The notes under the pieces are model-generated. The model did no database searches. It had not been told where the DNA came from and worked only from the letters and a program-made list of their open reading frames with translations. From Acutalibacteraceae bacterium (GTDB lineage Bacteria; Bacteroidota; Bacteroidia; Bacteroidales; Bacteroidaceae), in the NCBI GenBank assembly GCA_963652075.1, contig CAVJRQ010000089.1:337-64336 (forward strand): a stretch of 64,000 nucleotides of DNA, given 5' to 3'. The position numbers and the translations under genes are program-made. Shown here piece after piece: positions 9,952 through 19,179 of this stretch. The stretch's first letter is position 1. Every line of letters starts with the position of its first letter.

Positions 9952-11493
9952 TTAAATCAAGGTCTTCAGCAGACTGGTGATGCTCACCTTATCGGCGATG
10001 ATGGAATTCAGGTCCGCTATAGCCACACGCTCCTGCTCCATGGTGTCGCGGTTACGCAAAGTGACGCAATTGTCCTCCAATGTCTGGTGGTCAACGGTCA
10101 CGCAGTAAGGAGTACCGATGGCATCCTGACGGCGGTAACGTTTACCGATGGAGTCTTTCTCGTCGTACTGACAGTTGAAGTGGAACTTGAGGTCATCGAT
10201 AATCTCACGCGCTTTCTCGGGCAGCCCGTCTTTCTTCACCAAAGGCATCACGGCCAACTTCACCGGAGCCAACGCCGCAGGCAACTTCAGCACCACACGC
10301 GTCTCCCCGTTATCCAGTTTCTCCTCGCAGTACGAAGCGCACATGACGCTCAGGAACATACGGTCTACACCGATGGAAGTCTCGATGACGAACGGCGTAT
10401 AGGACTCGTTCAACTCAGGGTCGAAGTATTTGATGCTCTTGCCGGAGAACTTCTCGTGCTGACTCAAGTCGAAGTTGGTTCGGGAGTGAATACCTTCCAC
10501 CTCCTTGAAACCGAACGGCATCAGGAACTCGATATCGGTAGCGGCATTGGCGTAATGCGCCAGCTTCTCATGGTCGTGGAAGCGGTAATGGTCATCACCA
10601 AACCCGAGAGCCTTGTGCCACTTCAAGCGGGTCTCCTTCCACTTAGGGAACCATTCCAGTTCGGTGCCCGGCTTCACGAAGAACTGCATCTCCATCTGTT
10701 CGAACTCACGCATACGGAAGATAAACTGGCGCGCGACGATTTCGTTGCGGAAAGCCTTACCAATCTGCGCTATGCCGAAAGGCACTTTCATACGGCCGGT
10801 TTTCTGTACGTTCAGATAGTTTACGAAGATACCCTGGGCGGTTTCCGGACGGAGGTAAACCTTCATGGAACCGTCAGCGGTTGAACCCATCTCCGTAGAG
10901 AACATCAGGTTGAACTGACGGACCTCGGTCCAGTTCTTCGTTCCCGAGATGGGACAAACAATCTCCTCGTCGATGATAATCTGGCGGAGCTCGTTCAAAT
11001 CCGTAGCGTTCATCGCCTTGGAGTAGCGTTCGTGCAGAGCGTCGCGCTTGGTCTGGTGCTCCAGCACACGGGGATTGGTAGCACGGAACTTGGCCTCATC
11101 GAAGCTGTCGCCAAAGCGTTTGGCGGCCTTTGCCACCTCCTTGTCAATCTTCTCGTCATACTTGGCAATCTGATCTTCAATCAGCACGTCCGCACGGTAT
11201 CTCTTCTTGGAGTCTTTGTTGTCAATCAATGGGTCGTTGAATGCATCCACGTGTCCCGAAGCCTTCCAGATAGTGGGGTGCATGAAGATAGCGGAATCGA
11301 TACCCACAATATTGTCGTGCAGCAGCACCATGCTCTGCCACCAATACTGTTTGATGTTATTCTTGAGTTCTACGCCATTCTGACCGTAATCATACACCGC
11401 TCCCAATCCGTCATAGATGTCACTTGACGGGAAAACGAAACCGTATTCCTTGCAGTGGGACACGATTTTCTTAAATACATCTTCTTGTGCCAT
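9952..11493 (-). CDS. glyQS: Glycine--tRNA ligase (homodimeric type)
   Basis: 513 aa. YGFVFPSSDIYDGL, FRNEI...R and the class II motifs are typical of GlyQS. Confidence 0.93.
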   Translation of the reverse strand: MAQEDVFKKIVSHCKEYGFVFPSSDIYDGLGAVYDYGQNGVELKNNIKQYWWQSMVLLHDNIVGIDSAIFMHPTIWKASGHVDAFNDPLIDNKDSKKRYRADVLIEDQIAKYDEKIDKEVAKAAKRFGDSFDEAKFRATNPRVLEHQTKRDALHERYSKAMNATDLNELRQIIIDEEIVCPISGTKNWTEVRQFNLMFSTEMGSTADGSMKVYLRPETAQGIFVNYLNVQKTGRMKVPFGIAQIGKAFRNEIVARQFIFRMREFEQMEMQFFVKPGTELEWFPKWKETRLKWHKALGFGDDHYRFHDHEKLAHYANAATDIEFLMPFGFKEVEGIHSRTNFDLSQHEKFSGKSIKYFDPELNESYTPFVIETSIGVDRMFLSVMCASYCEEKLDNGETRVVLKLPAALAPVKLAVMPLVKKDGLPEKAREIIDDLKFHFNCQYDEKDSIGKRYRRQDAIGTPYCVTVDHQTLEDNCVTLRNRDTMEQERVAIADLNSIIADKVSITSLLKTLI

Positions 11494-11533
11494 TTTATTA
11501 TATTCTATAAATTCTTACTTCTTAAAAGAGCCA

Positions 11534-11541
11534 CAAAGATA
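11534..11541 (-). promoter_or_regulatory. -7 box TATCTTTG for glyQS
   Basis: Reverse complement of caaagata, 41 nt upstream of ATG 11493. Confidence 0.45.
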
Positions 11542-11614
11542 GCTATTTATCCGCAACAAGAACAAAACGTGTACTTAATAATTATAAACGGCCGCTCTTT
11601 TCCGGAAAAAGTCG

Positions 11615-11622
11615 TACTTTTG
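11615..11622 (+). promoter_or_regulatory. -7 box TACTTTTG for parC
   Basis: TAnnTTTG match 34 nt upstream of ATG 11656. This supports the shorter start. Confidence 0.5.
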
Positions 11623-11655
11623 CACAGCTCACAACGAATCGACAATATTTTTACT

Positions 11656-14313
11656 ATGAACGATGATACCTTCGACAAAGATGATTTGAGTACCGAACAC
11701 TCCGACTACAGACCGGCCGACACCTCCGACCAATCGGTAAAGCATCAGTTGAGCGGCATGTACCAGAACTGGTTTCTCGACTATGCCTCTTACGTGATAC
11801 TGGAACGCGCCGTGCCGCATATAAACGACGGGCTGAAGCCGGTGCAGCGACGCATACTCCACTCCATGAAACGGATGGACGACGGACGGTACAACAAGGT
11901 GGCAAACATCGTGGGACACACCATGCAGTTTCACCCGCACGGTGACGCATCCATTGGCGACGCGTTGGTACAGCTGGGGCAAAAGGAGCTGTTGATTGAC
12001 TGCCAAGGAAACTGGGGAAACATCCTCACGGGGGACAGCGCCGCCGCCCCCCGTTACATCGAAGCGCGCCTCTCCAAATTCGCCTTGGACGTAGTGTTCA
12101 ACCCGAAGACCACGGACTGGAAGCTGTCCTACGACGGGCGCAACAAGGAGCCTATCACACTCCCCGTGAAGTTCCCGTTGCTGCTGTCACAAGGAGTAGA
12201 GGGTATCGCCGTGGGCCTTTCAGCAAAGATTCTCCCCCACAATTTCAACGAATTGTGTGACGCGGCGGTGGCCTATCTGCACAACGAACCATTCAAACTC
12301 TATCCCGACTTTCTGACGGGAGGTTCCATAGACGTGTCGAAATACAACGACGGCGAACGGGGCGGCGTGGTGAAAGTACGCGCCAAGATATCGAAACTGG
12401 ACAACAAGACGTTAGCCATCACGGAGATTCCTTACGGCAAGACGACCTCCACACTGATAGACTCCATCCTGAAGGCTGCGGAGAAGGGAAAGATAAAAAT
12501 CCGGAAGGTGGACGACAACACGTCCGCCAAGGTGGAGATACTGGTACACCTGGCTCCAGGGGTCTCGTCGGACAAGACCTTGGATGCGCTCTATGCCTTC
12601 ACGGACTGCGAGACAAGCATCTCGCCCAACTGCTGCGTCATCGACGAACAAAAGCCACACTTCCTCACCGTGAGCGACGTGCTGAAGAAGTCAGTGGACA
12701 ACACCATGGACTTGCTCCGTAAGGAACTGGAGATACGCAAGCACGAACTGGAGGAGAGCCTGCACTTTGCGTCACTGGAGAAAATCTTCATCGAGGAACG
12801 CATCTACAAGGACCGCGAGTTTGAGCAAGCCCCCGACATGGATGCCGCCTGTGAGCACATCGACGAGAGGTTAACGCCCTTCTACCCCCAGTTCATTCGG
12901 GAGGTGACCAAGGACGACATCCTACGGTTGATGGAAATAAAGATGGCACGCATCCTGAAGTTCAACAAGGACAAGGCAAACGAGGCCATCGCCCGAATGA
13001 AAGAGGAGATTGAGGGTATCGACCGTGACCTCAGCGAGATGGTGCGCGTGACGACGGAGTGGTTTGAGATGCTGAAAGAGAAATACGGCAAAGACCACCC
13101 GCGCCTCACCGAACTTCGGAATTTCGACACGATAGAAGCCACCAAGGTGGCGGAGGCGAACGAGAAACTCTACATCAACCGCGAGGAGGGATTCATCGGT
13201 ACGGGACTGAAGAAGGACGAGTTTGTGGCCAACTGTTCGGACATTGACGATGTCATCCTGTTCTACCGCGACGGCAAGTACAAAGTGGTACGCGTCAGCG
13301 AGAAGATGTTTGTCGGGAAGAACGTGATATACATTAATATATTTAAGAAGAACGACAAGCGAACGATATACAACGTGGTGTACCGCGACGGCAAGGATGG
13401 CATCCATTACCTGAAACGTTTTGCCGTGACGGGTATCACGCGCGACAAGGAGTATGACCTGACGCAAGGCAAACCGGGCTCAAAAGTAGTCTACTTCACC
13501 GCCAACCCCAATGGAGAGGCCGAAGTGATTAAGGTGACGCTGAAGCCCAACCCACGTCTGAAACGCATCACGTTGGAGAAAGACTTCAGCGAGATTGCCG
13601 TCAAAGGTCGTCAGTCGATGGGCAACATTCTGACCAAGAACGAGGTGCACAAGATTAATCTGAAACAGCGAGGCGGTTCTACCTTGGGAGGTCGTCAGGT
13701 CTGGTTCGACCGTGACGTGCTTCGTCTCAATTATGACGGACGCGGAGAATACTTGGGCGAGTTCCAAAGCGACGACACGATACTCGTCATCATGGACAAC
13801 GGAGAGTTCTACACTACGGACTTCGACTTGAACAACCACTACGAGCCTGGCATACAGACCATCGAGAAGTTCGATGCCGGCAAGGTATGGTCCGCAGCCC
13901 TCTACGATGCCGACCAGCAAGGGTATCCTTATCTGAAGCGTTTCATGTTTGAGAATACCAACCGCAAGCAGAGTTTCTTGGGCGAGAACAAGGGAAATCG
14001 GCTCATCCTGCTCACTTGCCAGGTATACCCTCGCCTGCAAGTCACCTTCGGCGGCAAGGACAGTTTCCGCGACCCCTTGGAGATAGACGTGGACGAATTC
14101 ATTGGCGTGAAGAGCTTCAAGGCCAAGGGCAAGCGTATCACCACCTACGAAGTGGGTGAGATTACCGAACTGGAGCCTCTTCGTACGCCCGAGCCGCCAA
14201 CTACCGACGACGAGAGTGCGAATCCCGATGACTTCATCAATGAAGACCCCGACGCAGGCAAGAGCGACAGTGACCTCATTGACGAAATCACCGGGCAGAT
14301 GAAACTCTTCTGA
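11656..14313 (+). CDS. parC: DNA topoisomerase IV subunit A (GyrA/ParC family)
   Basis: YASYVILERAVPHINDGLKPVQRRILHSM, HPHGDASIGDALVQLGQ and the catalytic Tyr context AAPRYIEARL. The start is moved to MNDDTF because the 11455 ORF overlaps glyQS and its promoter region. Confidence 0.85.
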   Translation: MNDDTFDKDDLSTEHSDYRPADTSDQSVKHQLSGMYQNWFLDYASYVILERAVPHINDGLKPVQRRILHSMKRMDDGRYNKVANIVGHTMQFHPHGDASIGDALVQLGQKELLIDCQGNWGNILTGDSAAAPRYIEARLSKFALDVVFNPKTTDWKLSYDGRNKEPITLPVKFPLLLSQGVEGIAVGLSAKILPHNFNELCDAAVAYLHNEPFKLYPDFLTGGSIDVSKYNDGERGGVVKVRAKISKLDNKTLAITEIPYGKTTSTLIDSILKAAEKGKIKIRKVDDNTSAKVEILVHLAPGVSSDKTLDALYAFTDCETSISPNCCVIDEQKPHFLTVSDVLKKSVDNTMDLLRKELEIRKHELEESLHFASLEKIFIEERIYKDREFEQAPDMDAACEHIDERLTPFYPQFIREVTKDDILRLMEIKMARILKFNKDKANEAIARMKEEIEGIDRDLSEMVRVTTEWFEMLKEKYGKDHPRLTELRNFDTIEATKVAEANEKLYINREEGFIGTGLKKDEFVANCSDIDDVILFYRDGKYKVVRVSEKMFVGKNVIYINIFKKNDKRTIYNVVYRDGKDGIHYLKRFAVTGITRDKEYDLTQGKPGSKVVYFTANPNGEAEVIKVTLKPNPRLKRITLEKDFSEIAVKGRQSMGNILTKNEVHKINLKQRGGSTLGGRQVWFDRDVLRLNYDGRGEYLGEFQSDDTILVIMDNGEFYTTDFDLNNHYEPGIQTIEKFDAGKVWSAALYDADQQGYPYLKRFMFENTNRKQSFLGENKGNRLILLTCQVYPRLQVTFGGKDSFRDPLEIDVDEFIGVKSFKAKGKRITTYEVGEITELEPLRTPEPPTTDDESANPDDFINEDPDAGKSDSDLIDEITGQMKLF

Positions 14314-14319
14314 AAACGA

Positions 14320-14364
14320 TTTCGCCCCAACATGAGTTCATGAATGGCTCATGTTGGGGCGAAA
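14320..14364. terminator. Bidirectional hairpin terminator (17-bp stem)
   Basis: tttcgccccaacatgag ... ctcatgttggggcgaaa, between convergent parC and the Smr gene. Confidence 0.75.
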
Positions 14365-14392
14365 CCAAAAGGGACGTGTGCAAGATTACCGA

Positions 14393-15475
14393 TTAGCGGA
14401 TGGTAACCATCGTGGCACCAAAGCCATATTCGCGGAAAGAGGCATCCTGATAGGTGTACTCCTTATACTTGTACTTCAATTCTTTCAGGATAGCGTTGCG
14501 GAGCACGCCGTCTCCCTTGCCGTGGATAAAGACGATGCGCTGACCTTTCTTGGTTTTGTATTCATCCAGCGTCTTGCGAAAAACGTCCAACTGATAGTTG
14601 AGCATCTCCCCATTGCTCATCCCCGTGGTATTGTCGAGCAGTTCGCCGATGTGAAGGTCTGTCTCCACAATGCCGTTCGCATGTGGGCGTTTCTCCGTAG
14701 CCTGAGGACGTGCAGTGTCCACCGTTTTCTTCTGCAACAGGGCTTGCTGCAACGACTCCGCATTCACAAACACCTGATGAGTGGGGAGGTCATCCTTCAC
14801 GATGTCATAACGCAATGAGGGTTCTTCAAAAAAGTCTGATTCGGTGAAGGTGTGCAGTTTATAGAACTTCACGGTATCGATGCGCAGTTCCACGCTGATG
14901 GCGGGCTTCAGCTGAAAAGCGCGGCCATCCTTGTAGGCAATCAACTGCACGGCGACATGCTCCAGGCTGTTAAGCGCCTCCTTACCAAACTCCTCCAAAA
15001 AAAGTTTGGTATTCGGTTCTATGACACCCGTAGAGCGCACCTGCCAACTTTTGTTCTCCGCACTCATATAGGTGTAGCAGAGGTAATAGTTGCTGTCATT
15101 CACCAGATAAGCGTCGAAGTCCGTGGTGGAGATGGCTTTCACGTCCTGTGGCACATAGGCCAACACGACATTCAGTTTCTCACCCTCCTTTGTCTCTGCC
15201 GGGCGATAGGTAATCTTTGGTTCGTCGTTCAGTTCAATAGGTGTGGGTCTGCGTGATTGACCGGTTTGCTGCGGAACGGTCTCTTTGGGCTGAGACACCT
15301 GCGGCTTACGCCGGATGTTATAGTCGTCCGTGTCAATCACCACACACTCCCGTATCAGCATGGGGATGTCGAATCCGTCTTCATCCTCCACCAACACGGT
15401 GTCTTTACCCTGAAAGGCTTTCACGATGCCGCCTCCCTTTTCGCTGAGGAAGCGTACTTTATCTCCTATCTTCAT
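14393..15475 (-). CDS. DUF2027-like N-terminal domain + C-terminal Smr (MutS2-type nuclease) domain protein
   Basis: The C-terminal block [10 protein letters not shown]...[17 protein letters not shown] is Smr-like. 360 aa. Confidence 0.7.
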   Translation of the reverse strand: MKIGDKVRFLSEKGGGIVKAFQGKDTVLVEDEDGFDIPMLIRECVVIDTDDYNIRRKPQVSQPKETVPQQTGQSRRPTPIELNDEPKITYRPAETKEGEKLNVVLAYVPQDVKAISTTDFDAYLVNDSNYYLCYTYMSAENKSWQVRSTGVIEPNTKLFLEEFGKEALNSLEHVAVQLIAYKDGRAFQLKPAISVELRIDTVKFYKLHTFTESDFFEEPSLRYDIVKDDLPTHQVFVNAESLQQALLQKKTVDTARPQATEKRPHANGIVETDLHIGELLDNTTGMSNGEMLNYQLDVFRKTLDEYKTKKGQRIVFIHGKGDGVLRNAILKELKYKYKEYTYQDASFREYGFGATMVTIR

Positions 15476-15558
15476 ATGCTATCTTCTTTTTAGTATCCGT
15501 TTCGTTCCGCAAATATCGTCATTCTTACGGGAAGTGTAGGCTATTTGGCAGGTTTTTC

Positions 15559-18500
15559 TTACTCCTCCGTCAACCACACGGGACCAATGATACCCGATGA
15601 AACCAATTCATCGTCGGGCTTGGCAATGACAGGAAAGGCATAGGTGATTCGCTGTGCCTCGGGCAAAGCGGCATCGCCTATCATTCGGTTTGTCAGCGCA
15701 TTGGCGACCTCCAAGCGTAGCGTATTGTCGCCCTCTTGCAAGAATCCGGTCAGTTCCATGCGCCAAGGCGAACACCATACCGTACCTACTTGTTTCCCGT
15801 TCAACGTAATGCGGGCGACAGACTCCAAGCGGCTGAATTGCAAGAACTGACGCTTTGTAGGCGACAGTGAATCCACCCGGAATGTATGTTGGTACACCGC
15901 CGTGCCCGAATAATAGCGGATACGGGTATCAGTGGATTGCGACCAGTCGGTCAGTTCCGTCACCTTCACGAGACCCGGACCTCCCAACTTGGAGGAAAAG
16001 TCTATCGTCCATTCACCAGAGAGTTCCTTACGGGTCTCCTCCGTACCGAAAGCGAGCAAAGGAAGAGCCTCATCACGCGCGTCCCCTTGGTGCAGCACGA
16101 TGACGCAGGACTCGCGGGGTTGCAGACGGAGCGGCACGGCTATTCGGCCGTCCGCTGAACGGGATGAGAGGATGCGGTAACGTTTTCCCGTCACGCCATT
16201 CCACAGTTCGGCATCCTGTTCGCCGCTACGGAACAGGAAGGTATGACTAAGAGGCGTATCCTCGTGATTGTCGATGAAATAGATGTCACCGTCCGCCAAC
16301 CTGCGATGCGCAAAGAAGCATTTCCTTCCGGCAGGCAACGCCACATCGGGCAGCATGCCTTCCGCCTCACAGGCTCCCTGAAGTGACATTCCCCAATATA
16401 CGACACCTTTTCCGTATTCATTCGCAACCGAAGTCTCAGAACTGCTTCCCCACAACGCATCCGCCAACTCACGATACGCTTCCATTTGGCTCTTGTCCTG
16501 GAGCGTACCCGAGTAGCGAGGACGAGGACCATACACGGACAAACCTCCTTTTACCAAGAGGGCAATCTTGCGCAGTGCCTCTAAGGTCATCTCCCCGTTA
16601 GTGGGCAGCACCATCATGCGATAGACAAGTCCATCGGGCAAGGTCAGTTTGCCGTTCTTCATCGCCATACGGGACAGCAACGCATCCGTAGTGAACGCAT
16701 CAAAATCATATCCGGCGGGTATCAACGGCAAGCGATGAGTCAATATCTTCACCGGGGCGTTCTCTCCAAGGTAGACACAGAAGTCCACCACCGGTTTGCC
16801 TTGACGCATGAGGCAGGAGCAACGGGCCTGATAGTCCCAGAAGCCACGACTGTAAGGCCAAAAGGTATTGTTACGGTTGAGGCAATAGTGACGGCCGCCT
16901 CCGGTGTTCCCCGGCATGCGGTCTGTCCAGGGCTGCGCCGCGGAAGCACAAACGACAAACTCATTCAGTCCGTAGCAGTAGGCATAGTCCGCCAGCTGTT
17001 TGATGTAGGCCAGTGAATGGCTGAACTTGGCATCCGTAAAGGCTTCGCCCGAAGCGATGGATTTCCCGTAGAGATGAGCTGCCGAAGAACTTTCCTTGAT
17101 GTCATAATTGCCATCCGGATGCATAGCCCAGAATTCCCCTTGCGGTTTCGTCACCCGTCCCTTTGCCTGCAACTGGTCTGCCACCATGCAGAGGGCATTG
17201 CCCGTGGCCTCTGCCGTGAAGGTTAGGCCTCGGCTGCGGCACAGACTGTCGAACACGGCATAGTGATTGTCCGCCACCAAGTCCGCAATGGTGCGGCGCA
17301 CGTCATAGAGTACGGCATCGGACTGTTCCGCGGTGTTGACCACATAGCCGGTCATCACCGGAAGCCACGTCAAGAGGTCATACCCACGCAAACGGCTGAA
17401 GCTCCGTTCAAACCCGGGTGTCCAGTTTTGCGAGCCCGCCTCGTTGCTGTCCATTGCCACGCCGTGCAACACACCTCCGTGCGCTGCGATGGAATCGGCT
17501 ATCACGGCTGCATAATGGTTCCACTGAACCCGGGCAGCAACGGGTGAGAGTTTGTCACACTCAAGTCCAATCAGGTTGGCACGGCCATGTTTGGTGCGCG
17601 TGCCGATGGGCAGATGAACAAAGCGCATCACCAACCACTCCCCCTCCGGAGCTTGCCAACGGAGTCTGTCGTGAACGGAATCCACATGGGCGGACAGGTC
17701 AACGACTTGTTCAGCAGCGACCAATTCATTCTTACCATATTGGGGTGTACGGTCTTTCTCTATATACTCCGCATAAAGTCCGGCTTTCTCCTCCCATTGG
17801 TCTACACAGGCACGGGCGGACAACACGATGTTGCCTATCTGTAGGTCACGCCGCTGCTCGTCCGACTCCAGCCAATCATGGAAATGCAGCCGATAATAGC
17901 GACCCCGTGTCGTGGGGAAAGCCAAGGTCTTCCGTTTCCAGCTGGAGTGTGCCTTATAGAGGGGTTTCAGTTGACACACCGTACGGAAATGCACACCGTC
18001 GTCAGAGACTTCCAGCTCACCCAAATCGGGCAAGACCCGATAACCGGTACCCACGAAAGTATCTTGGGGAGGAGCCGGCACATTGGTAGCGCTGGTGGTA
18101 GCCTTTCCACGGGGACGGGTACTGTAGGAGATGCTCCGTGCCGTAAACGCCTCCCCGAAGTCGAGCGTGATAGTGATGGGTCCGTCATCCTTCTGTTGGG
18201 GTATGGTAGGCAGTTTTCCGTCATTCATGAGACAGAGCCCTGCGTCAAAGCCTTTCACATTGGACGTGACAACGGGTTGCAACCTTCGGCTGTCCGCCCC
18301 GGTCTCTTTCGTATAAGGGATAGCCACAAGAGCCACATCCCTGTAATGGTCCGACGCGACGCACGGCAAAGGGATGTCCAGCGATTCGCCTCCGCTGACC
18401 AACGTGTCCACACAGGCAAGCCGTTGCATGCCCAGTTCCGGTGTAATCCATGGGCCTCCCGCCACATATCCGTTAGAGATATGCACTTCGAAAGTCAGTC

Positions 18501-18855
18501 CCAGCCGTTTGGCTTCCTGCGAGGCGAAGATTAGTGACCGCCACCATTCGGGCGAGAACGCGTCGCAAGCCTTTTCGCCCTTTCCGTGCACCTGGTCGTA
18601 GTACACCACTCCGCCAACGCCCGCATTCTTGAATGCTTCCAGGTCGGCCGTGATGCCTTCGTCCGTGGACTCCGTCTCCCCATGAAACCACCACACTTTG
18701 GTGCGTGCCGAGTCTTGCGGATTGGAGAATCCCGCCCAAGCCTTCCGCACATCGTCCGTTGTAACACCCGTTGGACGGCAACCCGTCGTGATGACGAGCA
18801 ACGCCAGTCCCGCAACAACCCAATAGAATTGTCCTTTTGTCATATCCTTTATCAT
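15559..18855 (-). CDS. Large secreted glycoside hydrolase, GH106-like / jelly-roll glycosylhydrolase family (family assignment tentative)
   Basis: About 1100 aa. Signal/lipobox-like LLVITTGC. The C-terminal block LNGKQVGTVWCSPWRMELTGFL..GDNTLRLEVANALTNRMIGD is typical of these large Bacteroidales hydrolases. The ATG at 18855 (or 18843) is preferred over the TTG at 18906. Confidence 0.55.
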   Translation of the reverse strand: MIKDMTKGQFYWVVAGLALLVITTGCRPTGVTTDDVRKAWAGFSNPQDSARTKVWWFHGETESTDEGITADLEAFKNAGVGGVVYYDQVHGKGEKACDAFSPEWWRSLIFASQEAKRLGLTFEVHISNGYVAGGPWITPELGMQRLACVDTLVSGGESLDIPLPCVASDHYRDVALVAIPYTKETGADSRRLQPVVTSNVKGFDAGLCLMNDGKLPTIPQQKDDGPITITLDFGEAFTARSISYSTRPRGKATTSATNVPAPPQDTFVGTGYRVLPDLGELEVSDDGVHFRTVCQLKPLYKAHSSWKRKTLAFPTTRGRYYRLHFHDWLESDEQRRDLQIGNIVLSARACVDQWEEKAGLYAEYIEKDRTPQYGKNELVAAEQVVDLSAHVDSVHDRLRWQAPEGEWLVMRFVHLPIGTRTKHGRANLIGLECDKLSPVAARVQWNHYAAVIADSIAAHGGVLHGVAMDSNEAGSQNWTPGFERSFSRLRGYDLLTWLPVMTGYVVNTAEQSDAVLYDVRRTIADLVADNHYAVFDSLCRSRGLTFTAEATGNALCMVADQLQAKGRVTKPQGEFWAMHPDGNYDIKESSSAAHLYGKSIASGEAFTDAKFSHSLAYIKQLADYAYCYGLNEFVVCASAAQPWTDRMPGNTGGGRHYCLNRNNTFWPYSRGFWDYQARCSCLMRQGKPVVDFCVYLGENAPVKILTHRLPLIPAGYDFDAFTTDALLSRMAMKNGKLTLPDGLVYRMMVLPTNGEMTLEALRKIALLVKGGLSVYGPRPRYSGTLQDKSQMEAYRELADALWGSSSETSVANEYGKGVVYWGMSLQGACEAEGMLPDVALPAGRKCFFAHRRLADGDIYFIDNHEDTPLSHTFLFRSGEQDAELWNGVTGKRYRILSSRSADGRIAVPLRLQPRESCVIVLHQGDARDEALPLLAFGTEETRKELSGEWTIDFSSKLGGPGLVKVTELTDWSQSTDTRIRYYSGTAVYQHTFRVDSLSPTKRQFLQFSRLESVARITLNGKQVGTVWCSPWRMELTGFLQEGDNTLRLEVANALTNRMIGDAALPEAQRITYAFPVIAKPDDELVSSGIIGPVWLTEE

Positions 18856-18977
18856 ATCCTTTGAATTTCGACTGTATCTTTTCGACTGATTATTTACCCC
18901 GTCCAATACTGGAGGAACTTCCGTTCATGAAAGCAAGCACTCCCGCATCGGTGACATCCGAGGCTATCACTTTTCCG

Positions 18978-18985
18978 CAAAGGTA
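18978..18985 (-). promoter_or_regulatory. -7 box TACCTTTG for the GH106-like gene
   Basis: Reverse complement of caaaggta. It implies a ~120-nt leader. Confidence 0.4.
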
Positions 18986-19024
18986 GCAAATTCTTTTTAC
19001 CGCAGCAATTCGCTCAACAATCCA

Positions 19025-19116
19025 CAGCCAAACGTTGCAACGAAATACAGCCAAACGCTGCAACGAAACACAGCCAAACGTTGCAACAAAACACGGCCAA
19101 ACGTTGCAAAATTGCT
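19025..19116. repeat. Tandem array A1: 4 x 23-bp units, core palindrome CGTTGCAACG
   Basis: Units start at 19025/19048/19071/19094: cagccaaacgttgcaacgaaata, cagccaaacgctgcaacgaaaca, cagccaaacgttgcaacaaaaca, cggccaaacgttgcaaaattgct. Confidence 0.95.
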
Positions 19117-19147
19117 TAAAATATTTGGCGTTTCTAATTCATCATTG

Positions 19148-19155
19148 TACTTTTG
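19148..19155 (+). promoter_or_regulatory. -7 box TACTTTTG for the AAA+ ATPase gene, overlapping a half repeat TTGCAACGAAAT
   Basis: TAnnTTTG match 25 nt upstream of ATG 19180. TTGCAACGAAAT (19153-19164) repeats the array core. Confidence 0.5.
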
Positions 19156-19179
19156 CAACGAAATCAACCGGGAATAGGC

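Noticed and set aside
11455-11655. N-terminal extensions in the ORF track: 11455 for parC, 8036 for the antiporter, 19153 for the ATPase, 20482 for the sulfatase, 48895 for GH42, 59930 for folP, 54798 for PL10-CE8, 18906 for the GH106-like gene, and 34689 and 56344 (TTG starts).
   Set aside because: In each case a TAnnTTTG box, or the neighbouring gene, lies inside the extension. An internal ATG gives a proper signal peptide or the conserved N-terminus.
19025-19116. Could the tandem arrays (also 23266-23329, 23471-23580, 46084-46193) be CRISPR arrays?
   Set aside because: The period is only 22-23 bp, with no unique spacers of CRISPR length between repeats. There are at most 5 units and no cas genes in the window.
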